DNA of 64,000 nt, from the IMG/VR virus record IMGVR_UViG_3300031998_000059, positions 7,894 through 71,893 of that record; one strand, written 5' to 3'. Both the position numbers and the translations under genes were made by a program. The notes beneath the pieces are model-generated. The model made no database searches. It saw nothing but the letters and a program-made list of their open reading frames with translations, and was not told the origin of the DNA. The DNA comes from a virus. Taxonomy: Duplodnaviria > Caudoviricetes. This document shows positions 54,617 to 63,463 of the stretch, piece by piece. How positions within the stretch are numbered: position 1 is the stretch's first letter; every line of letters begins with the position of its first letter.

Positions 54617-55288
54617 ATGGATAAAATATTAACTTATTATCAGACTACAGATTACGATAAATTTCGTTTTTTGGAAACCAACCGTACTGTTGGCTCATCT
54701 AAGAACTTAAAAAAAAGTATAGAAACAATTGACCTGACTCCTTATGTGCCAATTTTGGTAACTCCAGATTTCTATATTATTGATGGTCAGAACAGATTTG
54801 AAATCTGTAGATTAAAGAGAATGCCAATTTATTACATCATATGCGATAAAGATGAAGAGGTTGCCATGATTGCATTAAACACAGCATCAAAGCCCTGGAG
54901 AAACGAAGAATGGGTTCAATATTATGCAAAGAAAGGATATATCCAGTATATCAAACTGTTACAGATGATGGGTGACCTTAAACTCAATATTTCAAACGCA
55001 ATTCTTCTGTTCAGCCAGGGGGCAACAAATTCTGAGATGCTCAAGAAAGGGAAACTTATTGATAAAAGTGAACTTGTAGAACCTATAGTAAAATTTGTTG
55101 ATGAAACAGTACTCCCTAACGATATAAAAAAGCAACGTTCATTCACGAATGGGCTGATGATATTCTTTCAACGCTATTATAAATCGGACAATAAGAGGAT
55201 TAAGAAACTATCAAAAAAGATACATGCTATAATTAAGTTTGCACGAACGGAAGATTATGTAAATATGTTCGAAAATCTATCAAGATAA
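54617..55288 (+). CDS. ParB-like N-terminal domain protein (low GC)
   Basis: PILV...YIIDGQNRFE. Confidence 0.75.
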   Translation: MDKILTYYQTTDYDKFRFLETNRTVGSSKNLKKSIETIDLTPYVPILVTPDFYIIDGQNRFEICRLKRMPIYYIICDKDEEVAMIALNTASKPWRNEEWVQYYAKKGYIQYIKLLQMMGDLKLNISNAILLFSQGATNSEMLKKGKLIDKSELVEPIVKFVDETVLPNDIKKQRSFTNGLMIFFQRYYKSDNKRIKKLSKKIHAIIKFARTEDYVNMFENLSR

Positions 55289-55307
55289 TGTTTAATACGT
55301 TTTAAAT

Positions 55308-56150
55308 ATGAGTAACGAAGTGACTACTACGGGACAGCAGTCCCTCAAATCGCTCATGGAGAGCGGTGCTGTGATGAAGAAGCTCAACGACGTGCTCGGC
55401 TCTGAGAAGAAGGCCGCATCGTTTGTGAGCAGTGTGATAAGCGTGGCGAGCGGCAACTCAATGCTGCGCAACGCCAACCCAATGACGGTGCTTGGCTCGG
55501 CTATGGTGGCGGCAACGCTCGACCTGCCTGTGATACCAACCCTCGGACTTGCCTACATAGTGCCCTACAAGGGACAGGCGCAGTTCCAGCTGGGATACAA
55601 AGGCCTGATTGAACTTGCCGAACGCAGCGGACAGTTCAAGAACATCATCGACGAGGTGGTGTATGAAGGTCAACTTGTGAAGAAGAACCGCTTCACAGGT
55701 GAGTATGAGTTCGACGAGGACGCCAAGACATCGGACAAGGTGATAGGCTACATGGCGAGGATAGACCTTGTGAACGGATTCTCAAAGACCATCTTCTGGA
55801 CCATAGAGGATGTGGAGGCGCACGCGAGGAAGTTCTCACAGGCATTCAGGAGCGGGTTCAATTCGCCATGGAAGACCGATTTCGACGCTATGGCAAAGAA
55901 GACCGTACTGAAGGCATTGTTCAGCAAGTACGCACCAAAGAGCGTGGCCATACAGCAGGCCATCAAGTTCGACCAGGCAGTGGTGAAGCCCACAGCCGAG
56001 AACATAGACGATGCAGACCTTGTGATCGACGCATTCGATGCCGAGTATGCCGACAACGAGCCTGCAATGGAGGTCAACACGCAGGAAGTGAACCCGTCGG
56101 CCACTTTGTTCGGTGATGAGAAAGAGAAACAATATAAAAAATCGAAATGA
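55308..56150 (+). CDS. recT: RecT/ERF-like single-strand annealing protein
   Basis: LGLAYIVPYK.QAQFQLGYKGLIELA.RSGQ; W..DFDAMAKKTVLK. Confidence 0.9.
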   Translation: MSNEVTTTGQQSLKSLMESGAVMKKLNDVLGSEKKAASFVSSVISVASGNSMLRNANPMTVLGSAMVAATLDLPVIPTLGLAYIVPYKGQAQFQLGYKGLIELAERSGQFKNIIDEVVYEGQLVKKNRFTGEYEFDEDAKTSDKVIGYMARIDLVNGFSKTIFWTIEDVEAHARKFSQAFRSGFNSPWKTDFDAMAKKTVLKALFSKYAPKSVAIQQAIKFDQAVVKPTAENIDDADLVIDAFDAEYADNEPAMEVNTQEVNPSATLFGDEKEKQYKKSK

Positions 56151-56151
56151 C

Positions 56152-56925
56152 ATGAGCAACGAACTACAGCGTACCAGAGAATGGCATCTACAGCGCAAGG
56201 GGCACATCACGTCGTCCCAGATAGCCGTTCTCCTCGGCAACCATAAGGAGCCGATGACGGAAGAGGAAATCGCAGCAGCGCGAAAGGAAAACCCAAAATC
56301 GAGGGTGACAACAAAGGAGGTGCCATTCTCCCAAGGCAGTTTCACCTATCTGGACAACAAGATAGCCGAGTACTACATGACGGATGATGCCTACATGGAG
56401 TATCTGGAGATGTTCAACTATGAGAACAGGGCCATGCAGTGGGGCACATTCTGGGAAGAGAAGGCAAGGGAGCAGTACAGCCTTGAGATGGGATGCGAGG
56501 TGGAGGACGCGCCGTTCATCGAACTGAAAGGATTCGAGGGGATAGCAGGAGGCTCTCCTGACGGTATCACATTCGGCGGTAACGGTATCATAGAGATAAA
56601 ATGCCCCGCCAACCCGTCGATACACCTCAGACACTACCTCTACGAGAAGCCGGAAGACCTGAAGGAGGACAACATGGACTACTACGCACAATGCCAGTAC
56701 AACATGCTCTGCATGTCGTCAGTAGGCACCGAATGCTCGTTCTGCGACTTCGTGAGCTACGACCCGAGGACATCGGAATCGAAGCAGCTGAAGATACTGC
56801 GCATACCTGCCGACAAGGAGGTGCAGGGCGAACTGCTCGCACGGACAATCCTTGCCAAGGAATACTACCGTGAACAGATGGAGAAGATAGACAACGTTAA
56901 TTCAAAGATACTGAACTATGAGTGA
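56152..56925 (+). CDS. YqaJ-like exonuclease
   Basis: WHLQRKGHITSS; GGSPDG; IEIKCP; YYAQCQ. Confidence 0.88.
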   Translation: MSNELQRTREWHLQRKGHITSSQIAVLLGNHKEPMTEEEIAAARKENPKSRVTTKEVPFSQGSFTYLDNKIAEYYMTDDAYMEYLEMFNYENRAMQWGTFWEEKAREQYSLEMGCEVEDAPFIELKGFEGIAGGSPDGITFGGNGIIEIKCPANPSIHLRHYLYEKPEDLKEDNMDYYAQCQYNMLCMSSVGTECSFCDFVSYDPRTSESKQLKILRIPADKEVQGELLARTILAKEYYREQMEKIDNVNSKILNYE

Positions 56926-57253
56926 CCTGTACGGACAGATAAACCTCACCAAGCTCGGAGAGATAGTGAGGAACAATCCCGAACTTGTGAAGGAAGTGAC
57001 CTTCAAGGACGGGCGCAAGGAGAAGATGATAAACATCAACGTCTATGAGAAGGAAAAGGACCAGTGGGGCAACACCGCCTACCTCAAGGTAGCATGCAAG
57101 CCTGAGAACCGGAAGATGGACAAGAGTGCCTACTACCTTTGCGACTTGAAGGAGGCTCCAAATCCCAATGCCAACCACACGGGAGGCACAGCCTACAAGA
57201 AGCGTGAAGACTATGTGCCTGAACAGAAGAAATCGGACGACCTGCCGTTCTGA
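56918..57253 (+). CDS. SSB-like protein
   Basis: Beta-rich; acidic DDLPF tail. Confidence 0.6.
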   Translation: MSDLYGQINLTKLGEIVRNNPELVKEVTFKDGRKEKMININVYEKEKDQWGNTAYLKVACKPENRKMDKSAYYLCDLKEAPNPNANHTGGTAYKKREDYVPEQKKSDDLPF

Positions 57254-57258
57254 ATGCC

Positions 57259-57606
57259 ATGAAGTCAATCAGCGACAGCGACTACGACACCATCGTGAGG
57301 TGCCTGGGTGACTATATCAGGACACCTGACGACGGGTCGAACAGGTCGTTCAACATGAGAAGGAAGGCGAAACTGATACTCCGTAAATTCACGAGCAAGA
57401 ATGGCGAACTACGTAAAACTAAGGAAAGACATACCAGAGTGGCTGTGGCAAGACCCAGTGAAATGGAGGTGGTACACAGACCTGCTTTTCATGGCAGAAA
57501 CGAAGGACTCGGACACCGCAACGAGAGGACAGGTGATGCTGACGATGAATCAGCTTGCAAGGAGGTGGGAAACGAACGTGATGAACGTGTCGAGGTTCTT
57601 GCATAG
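57259..57606 (+). CDS. Hypothetical protein (only the N-terminal about 50 aa is credible)
   Basis: Long overlap with the next gene. Confidence 0.4.
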   Translation: MKSISDSDYDTIVRCLGDYIRTPDDGSNRSFNMRRKAKLILRKFTSKNGELRKTKERHTRVAVARPSEMEVVHRPAFHGRNEGLGHRNERTGDADDESACKEVGNERDERVEVLA

Positions 57607-58150
57607 GCTCGATGAAGACAATCTGATACTACTCACAGAAAGCAGTGAGGAAAACAACGGAATGTTACAGAAGGTGTTACAGAAAGTGTTACAGATAAAC
57701 ATTATAGAAATCAACGAGAATCGAGAGCAGGTGTTACAGCGTGTGTTATGGAAGGTGTTACGGAAGAACAAAGAAATGTCCCCCACACCCCCTAAAAGAA
57801 ATATTTATATTAAGAACCTCACTACAGATAATCCATTATCTACGGATAATAAATTATCCTCCGATAATAAATTATCTTACGTTCGTCAAGAAAGCGCACA
57901 CACTTCGCCCGAACATGAAAATTCGCCCTATAAACTCTTCGTCACATGGATAAGTGACAACGCCCCATACTGCTACGGGCACATGGATATGATAACCGAA
58001 GTGGAGTACTACCGACTAAAGGACAAATACACGTCGCAGCAGATCACCGAGGTCATATCTCAGTTGGAGAACCGCGTGGACCTGCGTAAGAAATATTCAA
58101 ACCTCTACCGTACAACACTCAACTGGCTGAAACGAGAACATGGATACTGA
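57401..58150 (+). CDS. Replication initiator (lambda O/DnaD-like)
   Basis: N-terminal wHTH; internal iterons; precedes dnaB. Confidence 0.7.
   Translation: MANYVKLRKDIPEWLWQDPVKWRWYTDLLFMAETKDSDTATRGQVMLTMNQLARRWETNVMNVSRFLHRLDEDNLILLTESSEENNGMLQKVLQKVLQINIIEINENREQVLQRVLWKVLRKNKEMSPTPPKRNIYIKNLTTDNPLSTDNKLSSDNKLSYVRQESAHTSPEHENSPYKLFVTWISDNAPYCYGHMDMITEVEYYRLKDKYTSQQITEVISQLENRVDLRKKYSNLYRTTLNWLKREHGY
57663..57876. repeat. Iteron-like repeats, probable origin
   Basis: TGTTA(C/T)(A/G)G x6 at 12-bp period; GATAAT-NN-ATTATC x3 at 18-bp period. Confidence 0.7.
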
Positions 58151-59534
58151 ACAACTGCTATACAATGAAGATACCGAACGTCTGGTTATCGGCACACTCA
58201 TCGCAAGCCGCGACGCATATCCGCAGGTGAAGGAACTGCTCAACGAGGACTGCTTCACCGTGAGCCAGTACAAGCGCCTGTTCCGTTGCGTGAGGGAACT
58301 GAGCGAGAAGGACATGCAGGTTGACATGTTCACCGTGATGGCACAGGCCAAGCGTGACGGGTGGCAGATAAGCCACGTTGACATGATACGGATAACCGAC
58401 TACAGGACGTTCTCCATAGAGGTACACGCCGCCGAGCTTCACGACCTGTGGGTGAGACGCAGCCTGATACTCATGGCAGACACGCTCAAAGAACGCATCT
58501 GCGACCTCTCTGCCGACCCATTCACACTGCTGACGGACTGGGGCAAGCAGACGGAGAGATTCTACCGCACAGACGAAAAGGGAGTGTCGGAGTTTGTGGA
58601 TGTGCTCAGGGGGCTGAGGGATATAGTCAATGCCAACAGCGCAGGTGATAAGGCCGTGACGGGAACACCTACGGGATTCGGCCAACTCGACATGGCCACA
58701 TCGGGACTGCACGGGTCTGACCTCACCGTCATAGCCGCAGAGTCAGGGCAGGGAAAGACGAGCATGGCGCTCAACATAGCCGTCAACGCAGCCATGAACG
58801 GTGACAAGATTGCCATATACTCTATGGAGATGCCCAAGGAGCAGCTTGCGGCAAGGATAGTGTCACCCATGAGCGGTGTGTCTGCATCGAGAATACTCTA
58901 CAAGCCACTGAGCACGGAAGAGCGTGAGAGCTTCGACAACGCACTGGGCAAAGCTTCAAACGCAGCCATATACTTCGACGACAGGAGCACATCGGACATA
59001 TCGGGCATCATATCATCCATCCGCTACCTGCACACCAAGTACGGGATAAACGGTGCGATGATAGACTACCTGCAACTGCTGTCGATCAACAGCCGCTCCT
59101 ACGAGCGTGAGGAACAGGCGCTCGGTGAGTATGCCCGAAGGTTGAAGAACATAGCCAAGGAACTCGGAATATGGATAGTGGCGTTGAGCCAGTTGAGCCG
59201 TGACAAGTCGAACCCCGCACCCAACGTGAACAGGTTGAGGGGGAGCGGACAGATACACGAGGCGGCCGACAACGTGATACTGATCTACCGACCCGACGCG
59301 TACAACATCACCATGCTTCCTGCACCTTTCGACAGGTACAACAGCGCAGGCAGGGCGGTGATCACCATCAGCAAGGGCCGTAACGTAGGGCAGCACGCCT
59401 TCATGGTGGGGTTCGATGCGGCGCACACCCGATTCTACGACCTCAACGAAGAGGAAGCCCCGCCACCGCCTGCCGACCCTGCACCGCCTGAGATACGCAG
59501 ACAGATAGAGAGAGATAACGATTTGCCTTTTTAA
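58140..59534 (+). CDS. dnaB: DnaB-like replicative helicase
   Basis: AAESGQGKTS; IDYLQL; ALSQLSR; LRGSGQIHEAAD; KGRN. Confidence 0.93.
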   Translation: MDTEQLLYNEDTERLVIGTLIASRDAYPQVKELLNEDCFTVSQYKRLFRCVRELSEKDMQVDMFTVMAQAKRDGWQISHVDMIRITDYRTFSIEVHAAELHDLWVRRSLILMADTLKERICDLSADPFTLLTDWGKQTERFYRTDEKGVSEFVDVLRGLRDIVNANSAGDKAVTGTPTGFGQLDMATSGLHGSDLTVIAAESGQGKTSMALNIAVNAAMNGDKIAIYSMEMPKEQLAARIVSPMSGVSASRILYKPLSTEERESFDNALGKASNAAIYFDDRSTSDISGIISSIRYLHTKYGINGAMIDYLQLLSINSRSYEREEQALGEYARRLKNIAKELGIWIVALSQLSRDKSNPAPNVNRLRGSGQIHEAADNVILIYRPDAYNITMLPAPFDRYNSAGRAVITISKGRNVGQHAFMVGFDAAHTRFYDLNEEEAPPPPADPAPPEIRRQIERDNDLPF

Positions 59535-59540
59535 AGCATT

Positions 59541-59798
59541 ATGGAAGAGAAGATACTACTCGAAGTGAGCAAGCGGCAGGACTGCTTCCACTTCAACACG
59601 GATATAGACGGAACCCCAGGCAATGCCGACTGGATTCCCGTGGGTGTGACCACATGGGGCACAGCGTACAAGTTCTGTAGATACATCTACGGAGAGTTCA
59701 ACAACCACTTGCCTGATATTGAAACCGTGAAAGAGAAATGGAAGTCATATAACGAAATGGTAACGATAGAAAGACAATGGATAAGGAAAAACTCATGA
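59541..59798 (+). CDS. Hypothetical protein
   Basis: ORF track. Confidence 0.65.
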   Translation: MEEKILLEVSKRQDCFHFNTDIDGTPGNADWIPVGVTTWGTAYKFCRYIYGEFNNHLPDIETVKEKWKSYNEMVTIERQWIRKNS

Positions 59799-60097
59799 GG
59801 GAATACTACGAGAACTACGAAAACGTCCAAGGATTGGGCCTCGGAGAGCTTCTCCTGTTTGGTGGAATGGAGCCCTTTATTGAAGGCGATGCAAGGCAGT
59901 TGCGTATATTGAACGCCGTATCTGACATCTGCGGGAGTTTCCAGGTCAGCACCCGTGACTTCGTGAAGCTGATTACTTATGGGGACTTCAAGAAGAGGCG
60001 CGGCATAAGCGAGGTGATGGCACTCGGTCTGAGGCTGTTCATCCTCTTCGAATGCGGTGTGGATTGGATTTCTTCTGATAACGTTAAAAGATTATGA
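59777..60097 (+). CDS. Hypothetical protein
   Basis: Overlap-coupled ORF. Confidence 0.6.
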   Translation: MDKEKLMREYYENYENVQGLGLGELLLFGGMEPFIEGDARQLRILNAVSDICGSFQVSTRDFVKLITYGDFKKRRGISEVMALGLRLFILFECGVDWISSDNVKRL

Positions 60098-60900
60098 CAA
60101 TGAAATACACCAAAGACAACCCGTTACGGGTAGTGACCCTTTTCAGTGGCTACGATAGCCAATGCCTTGCACTCAACAAGCTGAAAGCGGTATATCCGCA
60201 ATTTGACTATGAACTTGTTGCATGGTGCGAAATTGACAAAGATGCAATCGCTGCGCATAACTCCATATATCCGCAGTGGGAAAACAGAAACCTCGGTGAC
60301 ATATCAAAGACCAATGTTAATGATATACCCGACTGCGACCTAATGACATGGAGTTTCCCATGCACAGACATATCGTCTGCGGGGCGTCAGGCAGGGTTGT
60401 CAAAGGACAGCGGAACACGTTCAAGCCTTGCTTGGGAGGCGATAAGGTTGTTTCGTGCGAAGCGACCGAAATATCTTCTGATGGAAAACGTGAAAGCACT
60501 TGTTCAAAGAAAGTTTATCGGGGATTTCAAGACAATACTGCTTGAGCTTGAAGGCATGGGTTATGCCAATTTCTCGCAAGTTCTTGACGCTTCAAAATAT
60601 GGTGTAGCGCAACACAGAGAAAGAGTATTCTGCGTATCAATTCTCCGTGACCCGAAAAAACCTGAACCTTCTTTCCACTTCCCCAAGCCCTTTCCGCTTG
60701 AAAAGCGGTTGAAGGACTATCTGGAAGAGAATGCGGACGAAAAGTACTACCTCTCTGATAAGATGCTGGAGTACTTCAATCGTGTGGATGCGGAGGATTC
60801 GCTTGATGGGGAGGATACCTCGTCAGGAAACGGAACGGTGCCTGGGAATAGAGTGGATGATAATATTTTCATGGATGAAGAGGATGATATGGTCGATTAA
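60094..60900 (+). CDS. C5 cytosine methyltransferase, N-terminal catalytic part (motifs I-VIII)
   Basis: LFSGYD, SFPCTD, ENVKAL, QHRERVF. Confidence 0.9.
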   Translation: MTMKYTKDNPLRVVTLFSGYDSQCLALNKLKAVYPQFDYELVAWCEIDKDAIAAHNSIYPQWENRNLGDISKTNVNDIPDCDLMTWSFPCTDISSAGRQAGLSKDSGTRSSLAWEAIRLFRAKRPKYLLMENVKALVQRKFIGDFKTILLELEGMGYANFSQVLDASKYGVAQHRERVFCVSILRDPKKPEPSFHFPKPFPLEKRLKDYLEENADEKYYLSDKMLEYFNRVDAEDSLDGEDTSSGNGTVPGNRVDDNIFMDEEDDMVD

Positions 60901-61051
60901 AGGCTTCTACAAACGTGGGGGTGGAAGATTGTACCGCATCTACGCACCAACAATCTGCGCCACCGACTACAAGGAACCTCCATTGGTGATAGAGATAGAT
61001 GATACAGATGACAATCAACACGGAGCCGGATGGAACGTACAGGACGATTAA
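60875..61051 (+). CDS. TRD-like mini-ORF
   Basis: IYAPTICATDYKEPPLVIE. Confidence 0.65.
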   Translation: MKRMIWSIKGFYKRGGGRLYRIYAPTICATDYKEPPLVIEIDDTDDNQHGAGWNVQDD

Positions 61052-61265
61052 ATCCCAATATTTCAAGAACAGCCTCGCCAACTTCATCAGGGGCGGAACA
61101 TTCGGGGCGACCGCCGTCGCGGTGCTTGATAGTGGGGAGGATATACAGGAGCCAGCAGAACGGAATGGTGTACGACCCGATGGGGCTTGCGCCATGCCTG
61201 TGTGCGGGGCTCATAGTGGTGTGGAACCGAGAATAATAGAGTATGAAGATAATAATAGTGGGTAA
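60999..61265 (+). CDS. TRD-like mini-ORF
   Basis: TEPDGTYRTIKSQYFKNSLANF. Confidence 0.65.
   Translation: MIQMTINTEPDGTYRTIKSQYFKNSLANFIRGGTFGATAVAVLDSGEDIQEPAERNGVRPDGACAMPVCGAHSGVEPRIIEYEDNNSG
61126..61236 (+). CDS. TRD-like mini-ORF (TTG start; tail shifted at G4)
   Basis: QNGMVYDPMGLAPCLCAG. Confidence 0.55.
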   Translation: MIVGRIYRSQQNGMVYDPMGLAPCLCAGLIVVWNRE

Positions 61266-61422
61266 TGTCGGTGTGCGCCAGCGCGATAGGGTTTATGACA
61301 GGAACGGCATTTCTCCCTGTATCGGTGGTGTTAGCTGTGAGGGAGGTTACAATAACCAGCCGAAAATCATAGAGTATGGCAACGAGGAAGACAGGTGGTA
61401 TCAGAATGAAGAAGCTGATTGA
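61243..61422 (+). CDS. TRD-like mini-ORF
   Basis: QRDRVYDRNGISPCI...NQPKIIEY. Confidence 0.65.
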   Translation: MKIIIVGNVGVRQRDRVYDRNGISPCIGGVSCEGGYNNQPKIIEYGNEEDRWYQNEEAD

Positions 61423-61576
61423 GAGCGGCAAGCTCACCCGTAGGGGGGGGCAGTGTATAGACCTCTATAATATGGCAGTGTTGGATGGCATTCACATAAC
61501 CATCACAGCGAGGTATGATGACGGAAATAAATGGGTGACCGTGTATGAAGAGGATAAGAATCAGGCATTCGAATGA
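61376..61576 (+). CDS. TRD-like mini-ORF
   Basis: GQCIDLYN....GIHITITARYD. Confidence 0.65.
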   Translation: MATRKTGGIRMKKLIESGKLTRRGGQCIDLYNMAVLDGIHITITARYDDGNKWVTVYEEDKNQAFE

Positions 61577-61766
61577 TGTGGACTTGGGAATGACGTTTTC
61601 CGCAAGTCTCAGAGGGGGTATAAGGGGCTATGATGATGCAATGGCCCTGGAGACGTGCAGCAACGATTTCTTTCCTACAATCAAGTTCCTGTCCGGTTTT
61701 ACGGTAATAGTGGAGGTGGAAGATGGAAATGACAGGTGCAATGATAATGGCCATGAGGGGTCGTAG
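61545..61766 (+). CDS. TRD-like mini-ORF
   Basis: Same junction pattern as its neighbours. Confidence 0.55.
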   Translation: MKRIRIRHSNDVDLGMTFSASLRGGIRGYDDAMALETCSNDFFPTIKFLSGFTVIVEVEDGNDRCNDNGHEGS

Positions 61767-62451
61767 TCCGGACAGCCCTTCTGACAGGGTGGTGCAAGGC
61801 AAAGGAAGAAACCATCAGAGGTGTGAGTTTGGTAGGGATGTCTCAAATACCTTGACAAGCGTGGTAAAGGATAACTTTGTTGTAGAGTTGTATGGAGAAG
61901 AATGGGACGGTGGGGATATAGTCTCCCATCATAGTTCATCGGAACAAAAGATGTGTATGAAGGAATCGGGGAGCAGAGTGTTGCAGATAGGAAACATCAG
62001 GCGAAAGAGTGGGGATTTTTCAAACCCACAAGCAGGACGGATATATTCCGCTGAAGGTGTCGCTCCGACTCTGAACACCTGTGGTGGTGGTTGGAGAGAA
62101 CCTAAGATAACGGTGATTCAATATCCTCATGGATACAACAACGGATTCGAGTATAAGGATGGTGTTTGTCCAACTATAACAATATCAAACTGGGAAAGTA
62201 ATAATTTTATAAAAATGGAAGAAAAGAACAAAATCAATCTGCCACCAGAGTTGGAGGGCAAGAAATTCAGAATCCGTAAGCTCACCCCAAGGGAGTGCTT
62301 CAGACTGATGGGTGTGGCCGATGCGGACATTGATAAGATACAGGCATATCCGTTTGAGAACCTGATTGATCATCCGGCATACAGCAAGGAAGAAAAGGCG
62401 GTTGGAATGACCGACAAGGAGCTTTCCGACAGATTTTATGAGAAGAAATGA
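61723..62451 (+). CDS. TRD modules plus C5-MTase motif IX (motif X not seen)
   Basis: SNTLTSVVKDN; GRIYSAEGVAPTLNT; RKLTPRECFRLMG. Confidence 0.8.
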   Translation: MEMTGAMIMAMRGRSPDSPSDRVVQGKGRNHQRCEFGRDVSNTLTSVVKDNFVVELYGEEWDGGDIVSHHSSSEQKMCMKESGSRVLQIGNIRRKSGDFSNPQAGRIYSAEGVAPTLNTCGGGWREPKITVIQYPHGYNNGFEYKDGVCPTITISNWESNNFIKMEEKNKINLPPELEGKKFRIRKLTPRECFRLMGVADADIDKIQAYPFENLIDHPAYSKEEKAVGMTDKELSDRFYEKK

Positions 62452-63067
62452 AGGACTGGACGGGAAACAGGAAAAGCGTGTTTGCCACTCTTGGTGCAAG
62501 CAACCATAGCAAGCAGGAGAGGGAAAGCCTCGATTACTACGCAACAGAATCAAGAGCCATAGACCTGCTTGCGGCCAAATTCACAATCCCGCACAAGGTA
62601 TGGGAGTGTGCTTGCGGAGGCGGTAGTCTTAGCGACAGGCTGAAAGAGTTGGGGCATGAGGTCATATCGACTGACATCATCGACAGGGGTTATGGAGGCT
62701 TTGACGGAATATGCGACTTTCTCAGTCCGATGTTCCATCCGCAGATAGACGGTGACTTCTGCATCCTTACGAATCCGCCCTACAAGTTCGTGACGGAGTT
62801 CGTGCTCACTGCATTGGATATACTCCCATCAGGCGGCTATGCGTGTTTCTTCCTCAAGACCACCGCATTGGAGAGCCGTGGGCGCTATGAGAACATCTTC
62901 AGAAATACCCCCCCCACTATATTTTCCAGTTCATTGACAGAATCCTGTGCGCCAAGAACGGAGAGTTTGAGGATGCGAGGAAGAACCTCGGTGCAGGGGC
63001 GCAGGCATACGCCTGGATGGTATGGGAGAAAGGCTACAAAGGTAAGACGATATTGAATTGGATATGA
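62448..63067 (+). pseudogene. Amino (N6A/N4C) methyltransferase, frameshifted at C8
   Basis: ECACGGG, NPPY; C-terminus YAWMVWEKGYKG lies in the shifted frame. Confidence 0.8.
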
Positions 63068-63080
63068 AATATTATGATTT

Positions 63081-63245
63081 ATGAACGAAGAGCAATACAT
63101 CAGAGACAAGATCGAGGCGCTGGAGCAACGCCTCAGTGACCTGCTCAAGAACGAGCGCACATTCCCCCTGCTCATAGCCAACGTGCGGAGGGAGATAGAG
63201 AATGAGAGACGGAGGCTGGAGAGACTTAAACGGAAGAAATCATGA
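63081..63245 (+). CDS. 54-aa coiled-coil protein
   Basis: Read manually; ATGA-coupled to the next gene. Confidence 0.5.
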   Translation: MNEEQYIRDKIEALEQRLSDLLKNERTFPLLIANVRREIENERRRLERLKRKKS

Positions 63246-63442
63246 TACGGGAATCAAGTGACGGTTGGCGTGACCTCGGATGGGCCAACGGATGGGAGGA
63301 AGGCGGTGAGGAGTACCGCATCTACCATGAGATTTACGAGAAAGGATACAAAGTGACGATGCAGAGTCTGTGCCCAAGTGGCAGCAGGGACGAGTTCGTC
63401 TGCGAGGAGGCGAAGGTGAGATGGCGTTGTGACGGGAGTTAA
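63242..63442 (+). CDS. Hypothetical protein
   Basis: ORF track. Confidence 0.55.
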   Translation: MIRESSDGWRDLGWANGWEEGGEEYRIYHEIYEKGYKVTMQSLCPSGSRDEFVCEEAKVRWRCDGS

Positions 63443-63463
63443 GAAACAATAAAAACATATATT

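Noticed and set aside
60788-61892. MTase variable region as simple pseudogene decay or sequencing noise
   Set aside because: The shifts are all +1 at module edges on start codons, and multi-kb genes elsewhere are error-free. Not fully excluded without reads.
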